Source: Candidatus Hodarchaeota archaeon
GTDB taxonomy: Archaea > Asgardarchaeota > Lokiarchaeia > Sigyniarchaeales > SOKP01
Assembly: GCA_048887225.1 (NCBI GenBank)
Contig: JBHLJY010000011.1
Location: 1 to 64,000 of the forward strand
Direction of reading: 5' to 3'
DNA: 64,000 nucleotides
Shown here: positions 61,819 through 64,000 of the stretch, in pieces
Layout of the letters: each line of letters opens with the position of its first letter
Position numbering within the stretch: position 1 is the first letter of the stretch
The notes under the pieces: model-generated
Told to the model about the DNA's origin: nothing
Seen by the model: only the letters and a program-made list of their open reading frames with translations
Databases searched by the model: none
Translations under genes and position numbers: made by a program

Positions 61819-62823
61819 GTGTTAATAATTTCAGATGAGAAAAGTTCTATGAAAGATATCGATTTTTACAAATGGACAGTAAAGGAATTAAAAGAATTTT
61901 GTAGTAAGAATAATATAAAAATACCCGCAAAGTCTAGAAAAAAAGATATCGTAGAACTTATTCAAAATATAGTATCACATCCTGATTTTATTGATAGATC
62001 ACAAGAAGAAATGTTAGAAGAAGAAATAGTTGCGGAATTTGTTGATGAAGATCTTGCGTTATTAAGAAAAGAGAAAATGGATTTAAAATTTTGGCAAAAA
62101 CCTCCCTATTCTTCATTATTGGATCTTGAATTAGCTAAAGATTCTGAACTAGTATTTTATGATTTAGCTAACTTGATTGAAAAATTCTTTTCTAAAATGC
62201 TTCAAGAAGATTTAATTAATTATAAAATTTCAGGAATTGCACTAAAATCAGCAGCATCTTTACATCATTATAAAATTTCTAGCATAATAAAAGAAGAAGA
62301 ACAGATTCAAAAAATGGAGGAACTAGAAAAATTAAGGGCTAGACATTCAAGAACGATTCCTAAATCATTACCGCAACCTACAAAACCTAAAATGCAATTA
62401 GCCACAAAAGAAGAATTATTTGATGCAATGAGAGCTGCAATCATTGAAACTATGCAAAACAAAGAAAAATTGAAACGTCGACGGTTGCACAGAGAAGAAG
62501 AAAAACAGAAAAGATTACAAATGAAGTCAAAAGCAAAATTACCTAAAGAACTCTTAAAACACATTAGCGGAAAAGAACAATCTATAGAAGAATTACATGA
62601 AAGCTGGTTTAATAGAATAAAAGGAACAATTAATCTTAACAATGTGGATACGAGTTTTTTTGATCTTCTCAAGATAATAAAAAGCGACGAAAAAAGTCGC
62701 ATTGGCAGGAAGTTTGCTCTTGTAAGATTGTTCTTAGCCCTAATGTTCTTGAGTACTAATAATAAAATTGAGTTATTTCAAGATGATGAATTTAAAGATG
62801 TTTCAATTAGTCTTAAAAAATAA
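61819..62823 (+). CDS. scpA: ScpA-type kleisin with extra N-terminal HeH/SAP-like domain
   Basis: DLANLIEKFFSKM..NYKISGIALKSAASL..K (kleisin N domain), LFLALMFL..KIELFQDDEFKDV (C winged helix); lies between smc and scpB. Confidence 0.85.
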   Translation: MLIISDEKSSMKDIDFYKWTVKELKEFCSKNNIKIPAKSRKKDIVELIQNIVSHPDFIDRSQEEMLEEEIVAEFVDEDLALLRKEKMDLKFWQKPPYSSLLDLELAKDSELVFYDLANLIEKFFSKMLQEDLINYKISGIALKSAASLHHYKISSIIKEEEQIQKMEELEKLRARHSRTIPKSLPQPTKPKMQLATKEELFDAMRAAIIETMQNKEKLKRRRLHREEEKQKRLQMKSKAKLPKELLKHISGKEQSIEELHESWFNRIKGTINLNNVDTSFFDLLKIIKSDEKSRIGRKFALVRLFLALMFLSTNNKIELFQDDEFKDVSISLKK

Positions 62824-62856
62824 AAAATTTCAACTTAAAAATCTTGGAGATGTAAT

Positions 62857-63732
62857 TTGAATAATTTTAATGAAGATTTAGATGAGAATTCTAAAGAAGA
62901 TAATGAAGATCATTTAGATCAGGAGTCAAAAGAAGAATCAAATGATCTTTCAAATGAAGAAATTGATGAAATTCCCAAGATTCAATCTCAAGGAAGCGCT
63001 ACTAAAGGTACTAGTGAAGAAATTATTGACGATATAATTTCAAAAAGCGAGATCGATGCTCAAATAGGATTTTCTTCGAAGTCTGATCTTTCTGAAGAAG
63101 ATATGTTAGTAAGACAATTAAGGGATTTTCATCGAAATCAAATTGAAGCTTCTCTTTATGTAGCAGGCAGACCATTGAGTATTGAAGAATTATCAACTAA
63201 ACTCGAAATTAAAAAAAAAGAAGTTGAAGAATTAATCAATGAAATTGCTTTCGATTATTTAGATCGTTCAACTGCCCTGGTAATTGCTCAAATAGGAGAT
63301 AGCTACCAAATGCAAATTAAACCTGAATATGCAGAAAAAGTCTCAAAATTAGCTAAAGGTGGTGCTATAGCAGAGAGGTACTTAAGAACATTAACTATTA
63401 TCGCTTTGAAACAACCTATTTTGAAATCTTTAGTTGTGAAAATAAGAGGAAGCGGAGCTTATGAGCATATCAAATATCTTCAGGATAACGGTCTAATCGC
63501 TGCGGTGAAAAAAGGAAGAACACACGAGTTAACTACAACGGATAAATATTCTGAAATGTTTGGATTACCAAAAGATATAGAAGAACTGAAAAGAGTAATG
63601 ATCTCGCAATTAGGTCTTGATGAAGTAGAATCTGGAGATGAAATTTCTTATGAAATTGAAGTACCTGCCGAAGATAATGTATTTTCTGAAGATGAAGAAT
63701 CATCTGAAAATGAAGAAAATACTCAAGAATAA
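62857..63732 (+). CDS. scpB: ScpB (kite) with acidic terminal extensions
   Basis: IEASLYVAGRPLS, LRTLTIIALKQPI, IRG..YEHIK.L, GRT..TTDKYSEMFGL. Confidence 0.92.
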   Translation: MNNFNEDLDENSKEDNEDHLDQESKEESNDLSNEEIDEIPKIQSQGSATKGTSEEIIDDIISKSEIDAQIGFSSKSDLSEEDMLVRQLRDFHRNQIEASLYVAGRPLSIEELSTKLEIKKKEVEELINEIAFDYLDRSTALVIAQIGDSYQMQIKPEYAEKVSKLAKGGAIAERYLRTLTIIALKQPILKSLVVKIRGSGAYEHIKYLQDNGLIAAVKKGRTHELTTTDKYSEMFGLPKDIEELKRVMISQLGLDEVESGDEISYEIEVPAEDNVFSEDEESSENEENTQE

Positions 63733-63739
63733 TTTGGTC

Positions 63740-63964
63740 TTAATTAGGTGAGAAATAAAAAGTTATACCTAATCCTTCTATACGGTCTTTTGATTCTGGT
63801 TTTTCTTTAATTTTATCCTCTTGAGCTTTTTCAAGTATTTCCAAGCTTTTTATTCGAATTGTGTTTTGTATGTCTTTTTCCAAGGCTTTAAGAATCTTTT
63901 GTATGTTGTTCTCTGAGATTATAACGACTCTTGAAACTTCTTGATTTAAAGGAATTTGAAGCAT
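63740..63964 (-). CDS. Hypothetical protein, probably truncated at window end
   Basis: ORF convergent on scpB; may extend beyond the window. Confidence 0.5.
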   Translation of the reverse strand: MLQIPLNQEVSRVVIISENNIQKILKALEKDIQNTIRIKSLEILEKAQEDKIKEKPESKDRIEGLGITFYFSPN

Positions 63965-64000
63965 TGATTTATGATTCCTAAGAGCTTTAATTAATTCAAT

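Noticed and set aside
58383-62702. Long antisense ORFs within smc and scpA, and similar shadow ORFs elsewhere (e.g. 35323-35742, 40985-41317, 55626-55988)
   Set aside because: F/S/L/I-rich mirror translations of K/E-rich genes on the other strand

Overview
AT-rich archaeal chromosomal window. The 16S rRNA 5' end, archaeal ribosomal and tRNA-modification genes and several eukaryotic-signature-type proteins (MglA-like GTPase, roadblock, V4R, NPRL2/uDENN-longin, membrane longin, OPTI/EMC6-like) point to an Asgard archaeon, most likely Lokiarchaeia (inference). Most genes are housekeeping or metabolic, and no mobile element or CRISPR array is evident. The top candidate for a new system is an smc-scpA-scpB operon with an unusually long (1485 aa) Smc. 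It has no recognisable hinge or zinc hook; its midpoint is a Gly-Gly turn flanked by two gapless 55-aa helical repeats, and its arms show 97-98 aa (N-arm) and 90 aa (C-arm) periodicity. Its kleisin carries an extra N-terminal HeH/SAP-like domain. Other highlights: a 51-nt BHB-type intron in 16S helix 8, a D-arm intron in tRNA-Glu, a box C/D guide RNA predicted to methylate LSU P-loop G2251, an ABCE1 lacking one Fe-S cysteine, a relic duplicate of the pyrI 3' end, and a metabolic block splitting rpl15e from rnp3-rnp2. All family assignments come from motif recognition by eye; no database searches were run.
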